This document shows positions 1 through 12,478 of a stretch of DNA of 64,000 nucleotides, in pieces (position 1 is the first letter of the stretch; each line of letters opens with the position of its first letter). This DNA comes from Zootoca vivipara (taxonomy: Eukaryota), in assembly GCF_963506605.1 (NCBI RefSeq), contig NC_083279.1, positions 41,044,001 through 41,108,000 on the forward strand, written 5' to 3'. The translations under genes and the position numbers were made by a program. Under the pieces are notes generated by a model. It made no database searches, was not told where the DNA came from, and saw nothing but the letters and a program-made list of their open reading frames with translations.

Positions 1-3000
1 GGCATTTGCTGCTTCTAAACATACCTGAGTATTGGAGGAAATAATCATTTAATAAGGACAAAGGCTAACAATCTTTATTGCAACAACTGTCTGCTTTAGA
101 GTAGAATAAAGTACGCTATCCAGCTGTTCATTAACAGTGCAGGATGATCAGATTGTAGAGGGCACTGTCTTTTGGAGGTAAGGCGTAGAATGCTTTGGAG
201 GTGTGGGGTACCTCTTCAGGAATGCAAGCTGGAGCTTTCAACAACCCCATCATTATGGCCTCTCTCTCTCTCCTTCACTTAATTATTTCTGAAACCAGTG
301 ATTTTCCTCTTTAATGCCAGTGACACTTAGACAAAGAAGGTACTACCACCTGCTACCTCCTTCAAACTGGATGCTGGACACCTGCAGTGCTTCCTCAAGA
401 GCTGGTTGGCAGGAGATAAAACTCGAACTGGCATATTTCATACATTTGCTCCCGGTGAGGAAACCAGGGATGTAACTTTTGTAATATGCCAGCATCTCAT
501 GCCAATGTGACTCTTAATCAAAAGCTTCCCCCACAAGTAAGTGAAATACTCAGAAGGCATTCGGAAGGAAAGTTGCTGCAGTCATTTGCATAAAGTTTCA
601 GTCAATGAGAAAATGTGTAGACCTTGAGCAAAACAACAAAAAATATATACAAATATAGGGTCTGTTGAAACTGATCTGTGCATTTATAAGTGCAACCTCC
701 CGCCTCACACGTCGTTGCCCCCCCCCCCGGCTTCTGCTGAGATTAAAACTATTGGTTTGTTCTCCTTTTTCTTCTTCTTGCTTTGTCGCCCACTACATCT
801 GTCAGCAAAGGGAAAGTTAATAACTACATGCCAAGCTTAAAAAAAGAGACAAGATTCACGCTCAAGCTGGGGGAACTATCTTTGGATCCTGAGCAGCAGC
901 ATATTAAGGGGCATATAATTAGTGGGAAGTTATCAAAAATTGTCACTATTATCTGTTATGTGGGTTGGGGAACAAGTGCCACCCTGTTGCATGGTTGGAA
1001 GGTGGGGTGGGGGTGGGGGAACAATGACATTCAAATTAACCCAACAGCATATGCATCTGTGCTTTGAATGCCAGGGTGTGGATGAGAAAAACTGCACCAT
1101 CGAGCTCCTGTTACTTTGCTAACTGATGTATCTGGGACATTGGCTGGAATTTGTAGTCAGCCATCTTTTTGATGATCCATGAATTTTACAATGTATTTCC
1201 ATTTTGACTTTACAGAAGTGTCATTTTCTCTAAAGATCATCATATGTTTCAAGGCATACTTTTTCAATATATTCTTTTCCTTGTGATGGTTTTTTTTTTT
1301 AAAAAATCCTTAAAAAACACAGTTTAATTTATTCATGTCTTCGATGCTACCAATTATGGAGTTAGAAAACATTTCCTCCTCATTGAAGTCAGAGTAAATC
1401 CAGCAGCCAAGGTTTCCACAGACATTCATATGAAGTTAACTATTGGCCTGAGGCATGCTCAGTGTATTTCCTCACCTTACCTTACTTAGTGTTTTTTGTT
1501 TTGTAAAATTGTTTGCGCAGAAAGAACAGGGAAACAAAAAGATTAATATGCTTGAGAGTACATGGCAAAGGGTTTGAGGGGAAAAAAGAGTTCTGTGCTT
1601 TGGAAAATGAATTCCTTCAGAAAATATTTTATTCTGATTTAATCAAAACTTCAAAAAAATGCAAAGCAAATCTTTTGAGAGTCCTCCTCCCCATAGTTGT
1701 GACTTGGTTTTTTCTTCCCCCACAGCAATTAATGAATGAAGCGTGCTTGGCATGCAAACAATTGTAGAAGACTAAACTCCAGCAAAAGCTAACCAAAAAA
1801 TAATAAAATAATAAAAAATACAATACTAAACTGGTTTTAATGAAATATTCATTCAGGTGACAACATAATTATAGGGTTAAAAGTTGCTTGAGATAAATTA
1901 CTGCCATATCCTCAGTGAACATAGTGTTATTGGGGTACAAAGTAAAGTATCTACAGCTAGGTATCTCATTGGTGTCCGATAATATTGCTGCAAATGATCT
2001 TAAGGCCTGAGGTTGGTTACAGAAGCTGCCATAATAGGTGTGGGTGAAAATGTCTGTGAAAGAAATTTATCTTTCACCCTTGCAGGCAGCAACCAAACCT
2101 GTTCTTTACGACTGTGCGCCTAATCTGATGCTGTGGGGTGTGTGTGAATGAGGCAACAGTTCACTGTTGCCTGACAACTAGACCAATGCTTCCTGACTTG
2201 CTCTCTAATTGTGCATAGTTATTCATCTTTAGTTGGGTCCCAGTGTGAAAATGCATCCACTGATTTTTTTTTTTCTCAAAAAGCAACACAAATCTTATGA
2301 ATGCTTTATCAAAAATAGGTCCCTTATAATAGTAAGTATGTTTAAGACTGCAGCATAAGTGTGGCTGGAGTGTCAACCAATTACCCCAGTGATTGTGCTA
2401 TGCTCTCCCCAGCATCTTTCATTTTGCAAAAATGTGTATATTGGCCAGACTTGTAAACAAACAAGCTATGCACTAAAAATTGCACTAAAATGCTGATAAT
2501 TTTTGGGAGACTTAAAAAAACAACACCTGATGTGGAAATAGAAGACCTGTAATTTTAGATAGGAAAAGAACCATGAGAAATGGAAATGGACATACAGTAT
2601 TCACCTTGCTTTAGATACACAGAATGTGTTTCACATTAGTCCCTATACTCTCGGAAGCAGGAGAAAAACAGGCAGATATTAAATATAAACCAGAAATCAA
2701 CCCAAAGCAAATCAAAGCTGGAGCATCCAGGAAACTTTTCCTCCCTAATAGGGCAGCACAGCTACCTGCCACATTTAGTCACCCAGGTGGGAATCCTAGA
2801 AAGGAGGACTTTCTTTAAGTGAATCGATATATATTTCACCAGATAATAATACCCAATTTGGCTTATCTTCTCTCAATTCTGTTTCCAGCACATGCCTATC
2901 TATCAAGTACATCATCCCCAGCTCTATCAATATATGGTTATAAGATAGTAAGTATCCAATTCAATCATACTCAGAATACAGCCATTGAAATTAATGGACT

Positions 3001-3130
3001 AAACATTAAGTCATTCTGAGTATGACCAACATTGAATTCCATCCATAAGGATCAGTATATATTCTTTTCTTTTGCTCCCTGGCCTTATGACAGACACCCT
3101 GAAGTCCAATTAGTATTGAGAAGATGAGGG

Positions 3131-3221
3131 ATAGAATCATAGAACTGCAGATTTGAAAGGGACCCCAAGAGTAATCTAGTCCAACCTCCTGCAATTCTGG
3201 AATCGTGCCATAGCTGTCCCT
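3131..3221 (-). mobile_element. CR1-type 3' tail (CR1 fragment or CR1-tailed SINE, Squam2-like)
   Basis: ATAGAATCATAGAA...GGGACCCCAAG...TCTAGTCCAACC is the reverse complement of the CR1 3' terminus with its (ATTCTATG)n tail. Confidence 0.75.
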
Positions 3222-3445
3222 GGTTATATTAATTTTTGTCCTGTTTTTCTGGCCCTGAATTTATAACAGAAGCTGCAGCTCTGATGCCCTCATTCTGAGA
3301 AATCAAGTTGTTTTGATTTTCCTCTCTTAACTAGGACAGTCCCTCGTATTTGCCTCAGGCTATTTTTTTATTTTGCTCTCAGAAGCAATCAGTCTTCTGC
3401 TATTTATCAGTAGCCTCTAGTCCACTGCAGAAAAGCTCATGAGTA

Positions 3446-4687
3446 GAGGTTCCGGTTTCCGCCTGCAGGAATGGCGGACCTGTTTTCCATCTCTCTGACC
3501 TTTGTAAGGAATTTGGCGGTTGCTAGGGGAGTAAATGGCAACCCCCTACCCTCTCCGGGGGTTACGGAGAGGGGCCGCTGGCCCGCGATGCCCCCAGACC
3601 CACTCCGACTGTTTTTGGAGTGGGGGGAGCTTGGGCTGAGCACTTACAAGGGCCAGGACTCCCGGACGCTAATCTGCATGGCGGGGATTTCCATGGTTAA
3701 AGAAGATAATTAGGCTTAAATCTATGGACATACTTCAGAAGGAGGGAAAGAAGCGCTGTTTACTGCTGAGAAATTTATGCTGCCGAGTGAGAGGAGTCAA
3801 AGATTGTACTGCATCTGGAAGAAGGATTGATGGGGACGGAGCGATAAGGGGAGTGAGTTTTTATTTTATTTTTTTTCTTCATATTGTTGCCTCGTACCTT
3901 CCCGGACGCGATGTCCTGGCTTGTTTGGAGTGAAAGAGAAGCAAAAGACTGTGTGAGTTGAACCTTATAACTGTTGTTACTGAGCATATTTTTTTAAAGA
4001 TGTGGAGTTGCCGATGAGAAAAGCCCCCCCCTAGTCGGACGGAAGGAGTTCTGAATGCGTTCGGAGGATTTATGAGCTGTGACGCACTTTAAATTGGAGC
4101 AGCGACCTGAAGCTAAGTTCAGCTATAGGGCAAGGAGATCCATTAATTTACCAAGAGTCTATGGTTTGATGTTTGGGTCTCCTGCCTGGAAAAGCTGTAA
4201 ATTCTATAATGATCGTAAATTTTCATGGCCATGAGAGGAAAGCGAAAGTGATTTGAGCTTTTTAAGATGGCGCTACTTCGAATTGCTTCAACGCAACAGG
4301 AGCTCCATTAAGAAGATTTATGGGGAGGCTGGACTGATTAACTCACACAGGAGAAAGAACATCTGTGAGACTTTGTTTGATATTTATATCAGCAGCTGGG
4401 AAACAATCGTGAAAGTGGAAAACATCTTTGTGACTGTAAGGGGAAGATCTGGATTATTATGAACTTGAAGGACGATTTGAACTTTAGAAAAAAGACGGCA
4501 GTGGACAGTTGCGAGGAATTCCCAATTTCTTGAAGCATGGGAACCCAAATAAAAAATTCTTTAGATGATTTGGCATAACATTCGGTCTGATTGATATATA
4601 TATGTGTATAATTTGAAATATTGAATGTGATATAATTGGTTTTAATTGGAAAATTAATAAAAATATTTTTAAAAAAAAAAAAAAAAA
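3446..4687 (+). mobile_element. Non-autonomous poly(A) retroelement, probably L1-derived or L1-mobilised, about 1.24 kb, no long ORF
   Basis: Perfect 15-bp TSD AAAAGCTCATGAGTA (3431-3445 and 4688-4702); AATAAA at 4656-4661; A-tract 4671-4691; CpG-rich 5' end with ATGGCG (YY1-like) motif. Confidence 0.85.
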
Positions 4688-5533
4688 AAAAGCTCATGAG
4701 TAAACATTTGGATGTTATGGTTTAGAATTGGTTACAAAATTATTATTTCAAGTTCAGTCCAATTTGGGACACACTTGGTGATACCATACCTGAATATCAC
4801 ATATTGACCATACATTTAGATATGACGAAAAGTGTGATAACTAAAGCTACATTCCTGGCAATGCAGCACCAGTATATTACAATATTTCCTGGCTTCTGAG
4901 CTTTCTTCCTGCATTAATTTATACTTATGCATTATTTTGTGTATTTAGAATTAGTATAAATTTCTGATTTACATTTGTAGGGCATCAATGTGAGCGGGTG
5001 GGGGAAGTAGTCAGAGACATTCCCCAAAGGAAACCGAGTAAGCTGCTGATGTCTAAAGTGGTATTAATCACATTCCCTCAAAAGAGATTTGCTCAAAGAA
5101 TTGCATGCCTGACTGATTTTTAACTTTGTAACTGGAATGTATTATGTGATATAAATGCCTGATCTTTGGTCAATAAGGATTCCCTTACATTATGATGCTA
5201 TACCTTTCTCACAATGCATTTTGTGCCAAACTATTACATGCCAAACTATGGAGCATATTGAAAACAATCTAGGAAACAAGGCAGTTTTATTCAGAAGTTG
5301 CAGAATGGGAAGAAAATATATATTTAAGAATTCTGGCAAATACTAAAGAACCAAATACATCACACCACATAGCATGAGATACTGTCTAAATAAAACAGTT
5401 GTCCATTCTTTTTTTCTCAGAAAGAATTGATTAGGGACTTCTAGCAGTAAGATCTTCATTGCTCAGAAATGCACTCTTTCTATGTATTTTTAATCTATTG
5501 GGAAGTCATGATCCAGTTAAATCTGTTATATAA

Positions 5534-5535
<2 letters not shown>

Positions 5536-5589
<54 letters not shown>
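5536..5589. repeat. (TG)n microsatellite
   Basis: Direct reading. Confidence 0.97.
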
Positions 5590-5591
<2 letters not shown>

Positions 5592-7082
5592 AACCCTCAT
5601 GGTTATACATATAACGCACAAAATATACTTGCAACCAGGTAGAAGCAAGCATATCAGGTTTGCCTTGCAAAATGACAGTAGGAAAAAAATCAGCTTGTAA
5701 GGTGCAGAAAGCTTTTTATTTTCTTTGTCAATGAAACTTTTCACTGTTTTATATCTAATGTCTTAATAAAGTACACTAGAAATAATAAAGTACACTAGAA
5801 AAAGAAAGCTGGGCTTCTTTAATGTAATAAACCCTGCTGTTTCTTGAGATTTCTTTATGCTTTTTATCACACAATACTAAAGTTTTTACAGTATATATAC
5901 CGGTACACTTTTTGAAGCAAACTTGTGAACTGTGGCTATATCTCAGTTTGTTAAAGGTAGTGGCAGAAAGCAATGGTTCTGCCTCCTCTAGTTCCTGCAG
6001 CAGATCTTTCATGGAGTTACTTTGCACTAGTTATGATCAAACATGAGTGGTTTGAAGGAGAAAGGGCAGGGAATAGAGCTATTTGGACATGGGGAAGAAA
6101 GGCAGAAAACAATGTGTATTCTTGGCTGCCTGCTGATCAGCTTAATATTGGCAGTGCTGCTCCTGTGAAAGAGCCTCATTTCTGAGTGACAGCATGCTAT
6201 AAAAAAACAGTGAAACAAATGAATGTGTAGATGCCTTGTGCATCAGCTAAAAGGCCCAAAGAGAATGTCCTGATAAGAAGGATGGTGGAATATATTTCTT
6301 GGAAGAAAACTCAAGGTGATTCCAGTCTGATCAGAGTGGCCCTGGGATAAGCTGTAATCCTGAACAAGCCTTTACGCTTCGTAGAGCCCATTAACTTCAA
6401 TTGGATTTACTAGCATATGCCACCGGATTCACAATTGAAATCCTCAGCTGCAATCCTCCAATCTCTTACTTTAGGGAAGTCCCATTAATCATTAGCACTG
6501 CTTCAGAGTGGGTGGCTTGTGGACAGATATCCAGCCATAGACCACACCATATGTCACCAGAGAGGAGTTTAAGTCAATAATATTTAACCATAGAAAAGGG
6601 GAAGGAATTCCTTAATCCAGCCATATTTATCCGTATTACTATAATACTCTCTCCCTAGCAATTTTCTTCTGCCTGATTTGCTGAAAAGTGCAACAGGCTT
6701 ATCTTTATTGCATGCACTGTTACAGGAGAGGAGAGAAAGGCCCTTTCACTCTCTTCCTCCCTCTGCCTGCACATCTCCATTAGAACACTTGTCCTCAGAG
6801 CTCTGCTTGTAGTTGGTATAATGAGATGGGAGTTACAGAAAAGATAATGATAATAGGATTTAGTGTAGCAGTGAGAAAATATAACAGAACCAAGAGGAAC
6901 ATTGCATGTCAGTAACTCTTAAATAAATGCTTAACCAGAAGATGTAATTACTTAGCATCACAATGTGCTGCCCCAAAGGGCAACCCACGACTCCCAGGGA
7001 ATGGAAATTAGTACCAAGCATCTGACCTTGACACGCTTGCCTTTTAAAAGTGCCTTCCTGCAAAGTTTGCCATCTAAGCCAA

Positions 7083-7222
7083 CCTTGCCAAGCCGAGTGC
7101 CCCGCTCCAGATGTTTTAAACTGCAACTCTCAATAGCAGCATTAGCCAGCATGGCCAATGGTAAGGGATGGTGGGAGTTGTTCACAAAATCGTCAAGAGG
7201 GTACCGTGTTGAGGAAGGCTAG
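7083..7222. mobile_element. Degenerate palindromic hAT-type MITE, same family as 14190-14325
   Basis: CTCCAGATGTTTT...ACTGCAACTCTC...GGGAGTTG...GAGGG fold-back layout. Confidence 0.5.
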
Positions 7223-7461
7223 TTTCAAAGGCAAAACACTCCGAATAACCCTATTGCATATAGTGTGAGGACTTGTTTGGGTGTTATAGGAAGTGAGAAA
7301 AGGAGACATACAAATGACTTGCGGTTTAGGCTGAGTAAAAGAAAAATGCCTTATTCTAGTGAAGGTACAGTATGTTAAATTGAAATTGGATGTGTTGGTC
7401 ACATCACTGCTGCTTACCAGCAGGTGGAGAAGTAGGGCTGAGGCAGTAGCAGGGTCAGAGA

Positions 7462-7772
7462 ATAGGTGGGTTTTTTTAGGGCAGCGCCACTGGTTCCCGC
7501 ACTGGGTGCCAAGCAGAAAGAGCACTCTGTAAGCATTTGCCCAGATACAGGAATGAGGCATGAGTACTCTGACAGAATCCTAGAATCCCCCTGCCTCCTT
7601 CCAAAGCCTAGTTAGCACTTGCCCAGCTTTGGTAAGGAGGTGGGAAGGCTCTTGGACCCTGCCAGAGCCCTCTCACCTCCTTCCTAAAGCCCGACATGGT
7701 GTGAGGACTGGGGACAGGGGTGTCAAATTTTTGACCTAGCTCAGGGTGGCATAGTACCAAAGTCCTCCCCTG
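7462..7772. mobile_element. Old hAT-like non-autonomous element; a second copy lies at about 23231-23552
   Basis: Flanked by GTCAGAGA/GTCAGAGC (8 bp, 1 mismatch), ends CCCCTG; shares AAAGCCTAGTTAGCACTTGCC...GGACCCTGCCAGAG and CCTAGCTCAGGGTG with the 23.3-23.5 kb copy. Confidence 0.6.
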
Positions 7773-8304
7773 GTCAGAGCAGTGCAAACACCAGTGAGAA
7801 TGCCATATTGATTCTGCTGGTGTGTTTGTGTTGAACTGACCTCACTGCCACCTCTCCCTCCTTTTCAATCTTCCGGTAAGCAGCAGTGATGTGATTGACA
7901 AGGGGTCAGGCAAGGAATGCTGCCCCACCATGCCCCACCAAGTAGAAATACACTGTTCATGGTAGTATCTTTTTCTAGGAGAGAGGGAAAAATTAAAGTC
8001 TCTATGACCTAGATGGAATAATCATTATTGGCACATTTCACCTAAAATGGATTTGAGTTCTGAAATGTAAATTACTGAAGTTTATAGGGAAATGATTCAC
8101 CATTGACAAAAACTAAAAAGTAGCCAAAAGAGCACAGATATTATAGGTTGCAGGTGGTGGTGACTCAAAGGAAGCAAAAGCTCTTGGGATTACAGAAAAT
8201 CCTCTTCTAGCTTCAAGTATTATTTGTGGGGGATAAACGAGGAAGTCTATATTATGGACTCAGCACAAGTTATGACGAGGAAAATAATGTAACACTGCAC
8301 TAAT

Positions 8305-8634
8305 GGATCTGCACTTCTCATTTAAAGCAGTATCAAACCACTTTAAACAGTCATGGCTTCTCCCACGGGAACTGCAGTTTAAAGGTGCTGAGAGTTGTTA
8401 AGAGATGCCCCCCCCAATTCCCCTCACAGAGCTACAATGACCAGATTGGTTTAACAAGCATTCTCTTCCCAAGTTCTCTTCCCAGGGAACTCTAGAATTG
8501 TAGCTCTGGGAGGGGAATGGGGGTGGGAGTGGGCGTCTCCTAACAACTCTCAGCACCTTTACCAAGTTACACTTCCCATGATTATTTGGGGGAAGTGGTA
8601 TGATACTGTTTTAAATGTATAATGCAATGGGGTC
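8305..8634. mobile_element. Fold-back MITE (long imperfect palindrome)
   Basis: Arms AAAGGTGCTGAGAGTTGTTA / TAACAACTCTCAGCACCTTT and CATTTAAAGCAGTATCA / TGATACTGTTTTAAATG; partial copy at 32302-32475. Confidence 0.7.
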
Positions 8635-9773
8635 ATATTTAAATAAACAGGTAGAACAATTAGAACTTTTGCCTTTGGGTTCAACAAGAGTATTAGAAGA
8701 AAAAGTGTATCCCAGTGAGAAATCAGGATGAGCTTTCTTAAACAAAAGCACTAGGTGAAATAATAGGTTTTCAAAGCTATTTCCAAGAAATAAAGCTGAT
8801 ATCTTTTGGCCTATTTTTTATTTATTTAACTCATCTCATTCATGGACTTCTCTATTGGAATGGGACATTTTCTCTTTTCATGTATCCCAATTAACATTAA
8901 GAATATAGTTGTTATACATCATGTCGTTCAGTATTAACCACTGTATATTTATAATGCTTTTAACTTTACAACCTATAAGCCAGGTTTAGTTCCAATGAAT
9001 TCAGTTGCACTCAATAGGCACATCCTGGAGTTTCAGTTTAATTGGATCATGCAACAATCTAGAAGCCAACAAATAAGTAATTTTCCAAGAACAATGGATA
9101 AAAAAAGAGTAGCATTTAAACAACCTGTGTTGGTCCTGTGTTGTTAATTTGTACATTTATTGGCTGAAGTGCAGTATCACATTCCAGTATAATACAAAAA
9201 AGAATGCTTAAAAACCCCTACTTCTCACTATAAATCGTTTGAGAAGAAATTAAAGAAATCATTTTTGATCTGCTGCCTAACATTTAATTAGATTGGATTT
9301 TCACTATCTGAATTTATTGCCAGAGATTTCATTTTCATGTACCCGATTATTTTAGTATACTTTGGCATACTGATCACTTTTGAAAATACTTCTGAGTACA
9401 GCATTTATTATTAGCATACCAAATTAATCTTTCTGGTACACTTGGAAGAGCCATGAAAATCAAACAAATGCAACCTCTAAGCAGCAGTAATAATCAAATA
9501 CAATTAGTATTCAGATTTTACTTTTGACACATTTTGATTGTGTGCAATTTTTTAATCTAAAAATGCTCCCCTGCTTATGGACTTGAAAACAACCTCAAAT
9601 GGCATGTTAAAATCATTTCTTTTGAAACAGACATGGAACTCATCGAAGAATCAGAGAACTGGAATAGGTGATGATGAACAAAATGGAAAACAACATTCTG
9701 TCATTGAATGAAAACTAACTTTAGGTTGTGTGAGCAAATAGATTTTTAAATTATTGATCAATAGCTTATGGTA

Positions 9774-10117
9774 AGGTAAAGGGACCCCTGACCATTAGGT
9801 CCAGTCGTGACCGACTCTAGGGTTGCGCGCTCATCTCGCATTATTGGCCGAGGGAGCCGGCGTATAGCTTCCAGGTCATGTGGCCAGCACGACAAAGCCA
9901 CTTCTGGCGAACCAGAGCAGCACACGGAAACGCCGTTTACCTTCCCGCTGTAGCGGTTCCTATTTATCTACTTGCATTTTGACATGCTTTCAAACTGCTA
10001 GGTTGGCAGGAGCTGGGACCGAGCAACGGGAGCTCACCCTGTCACAGTGATTCGAACCGCTGACCTTCTGATCAGCAAGCCCTAGGCTCAGTGGTTTAAC
10101 CCACAGCACCACCTGGG
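9774..10117 (-). mobile_element. Sauria SINE (Squam1/POM-type), near full length
   Basis: Minus-strand tRNA-like head with A box and B box (GGTTCGAATC); typical body GGGAAGGTAAACGGCGTTTCCG; CCCTTTACCT tail; 7-bp TSD TATGGTA (9767-9773, 10118-10124). Confidence 0.92.
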
Positions 10118-12142
10118 TATGGTAGTCATTGGTAAAAATATCAGTAAAGTCCCTGTCAAAGTGCTGGTTTGGAGAGGAAGAACTGGTTTCTGTCAGAGGC
10201 AGGATGCATGTGATAAACCCATGCAACAGAATTGAGATGACAGCCTCATGCAATGGAAGAATTCATGAGTGGAGTGAGTCAGGGGGCTACATGGGTTAGT
10301 TCCACACCCCATTGCTCATGTATGCAGCAGTTGTGCCATCTGCACGTTCAGTGAAGAGGCTCTGCATGTTCAATGATCTGGACTAATTTGTCCACTATAG
10401 ACTTGTCTGTATTTTTTATGGTTCCAGCGCACAGTCTGATTAAAACTTCAGTTACACTGTGCAGTGTAGATGTCTGACACTTTATGACAGAATATTTCTC
10501 ATTGCTGACTTCTAGTAAGATGGACTGAAGCTTTTATCACAGAAAGACATCCCTGAATAGCCAGAGGGAGGTGTGTAGATTACTGACATTGAAATGTATG
10601 TTGGGTGGGGTGTGGGGGTGGTTGAGTGTTTTTTTTAATAAAAAAATGCCAAACCTCCCCCCCCCCATTTTACTTGCCCGAGATCAAGGACAAAGCACCA
10701 TGTTTTGGAAATTCTCTCCGGGTGTCAATTCCGCCTTTGAAATCCTGTTAATGTCCGGGAAAATCCAGACGTATGGCAGCCCTAACTTCTTCAAGCCTTC
10801 ATTTCATATTTCTAGAATTTGTTTTTGTGATGTATGATTACTTGAATCAGAAGAGTGCAAGCTGTTCAGATTATTATGCAAAACATGACTCCGGTATGGC
10901 ATTTGTGTAATGAAGTGCTAATACCTGTAATCATATGCATTCTGTAGCCGGGAGTGTTTAGGTAAAAGCCAAGGACAGTAAAAGCAAGTTAACTAACAAG
11001 TAAGAGGGAGGTGGGGTGGAAATGGAGAGAGGAAGCATGTCCATTATTAATTTATACATTTTATTGCCACAGCCACTTCTTGAAATAGAGTAAGTCTCAT
11101 TACATTGTTGTTGTTTTTTAAACAAAATCTGCACTGAACAAAAACAATTGTATCCTTCAATAATGAGGGCATAGAATTACTGGTATATGATGTTAAAACT
11201 GCTTTCTAAAAGTTAGCTATATGTTTTTTCAAAGGCAAAAAGCTTTCCTTTGATGAGCTGATGCTTACATTATTTTGTTATTCTACCTTCTAAAGAAGTC
11301 TCCTGTGACCACTGATTTACATCAAAGATTTGCTGACAATTCAGCATTCTCAGCTTATTCTTATGACTAAGAGATGAAATGCAGTGCAGTTTAGTTTGGA
11401 CTACCCACCCCAAAATTGCTAAAATGAAGTTCATTTGTATGAGGAAAAGAACAGGAACATGTTTTGATCCTGCAGTTTCCCATCCTAAAACATCAATGCC
11501 ATCCAACATGATAGATGATTTGGAAAGTATATTGTTCATTTGCTGTGAAGGTGGTGATATGGGACTGTTCCTGTTTCTTTGTATATGTGTGCCCTTAGCT
11601 ATATGATTTCTGGAAGCAGGAACCAGCACTTCAGACAAAAGTTTATTCTGGATCTTGGAAATATGCAGCTATTCCCTTAAAAACATGTATTTATTTAATT
11701 TATCAGCCTAATAGAGATATCAAAGCCTTAAAGGAGGGATAGCTGTTCTGGTGCCCTCTAAATGTTGTTGGTGAAAGGTGGGGAACAGGATCTAACCAGT
11801 AGGCTAGAGCCTGACTCTCCACCTTCTCATGGTTCATTTTGACAGTGACTTTAAGTGACACAAGGACTCCCCCCTCCCTTTGTGGCTGTGATTGGAAGCT
11901 CCATTGTGCATCTGATCCTACCAGGATTAGCTGTTAGTGCCAATTACGGTAGCTGATCAGTGCTGACAGCAAGCGTTGCTTGCCAATGAAGAACTAAGAG
12001 TGCCCTTCAAGGCTCCTTGTTGTTCCTTTGCATCCAGGTCTCTACATGCCCCAAACCTGGCATCACATATTATAGGAGCAAGGCAGGTGAGCATAGTCTG
12101 GAGAAAATGGCCTTGCTGCCAAGTTGGGACCTATTGCCTAAA

Positions 12143-12478
12143 CATGGGTGGCCAACTCCCAAGAGACTGAGATCTACTCACAAAGACTGGCAGTGATCTA
12201 CCCCCTTTTAGGGGGTTGAGGTCAAAGTTGTTGAGTTTTTTTTAGGAAGGCGATCCCTGTTTTCGAGGGTTCAGGTCAAAGTTGTTGTTTTTAGGGAGGA
12301 GGAAAGCCCCACTTTTTAGGGGTTCAGGACAAAGTTGTTTAGCTTTTTTTAGGGAAGAGGAAGGCCCCATTTGGGGGGGGGGCAAAAATGTTGAGCTCCT
12401 TTGTGGGGAGCTAGTGATCTACCACAAATGTTCCAGTGATCTACCGGTAGATCACGATCTACCTGTTGGACGTGCCTG
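12143..12478. mobile_element. hAT-type MITE with internal GGTTCAGGTCAAAGTTGTTG repeats
   Basis: Ends CATGGGTGGCCAAC...GTTGGACGTGCCTG; repeated GATCTAC subterminal motifs; 3-4 internal repeats; TSD not recognisable. Confidence 0.65.

Noticed and set aside
130-460. Two possible + strand exons (about 138-177 and 321-453) with AG/GT boundaries
   Set aside because: Translations resemble no protein I recognise, acceptors are weak, and no consistent multi-exon chain follows
11270-11638. 122-aa and 75-aa overlapping ORFs
   Set aside because: No recognisable domain; length expected by chance in 64 kb
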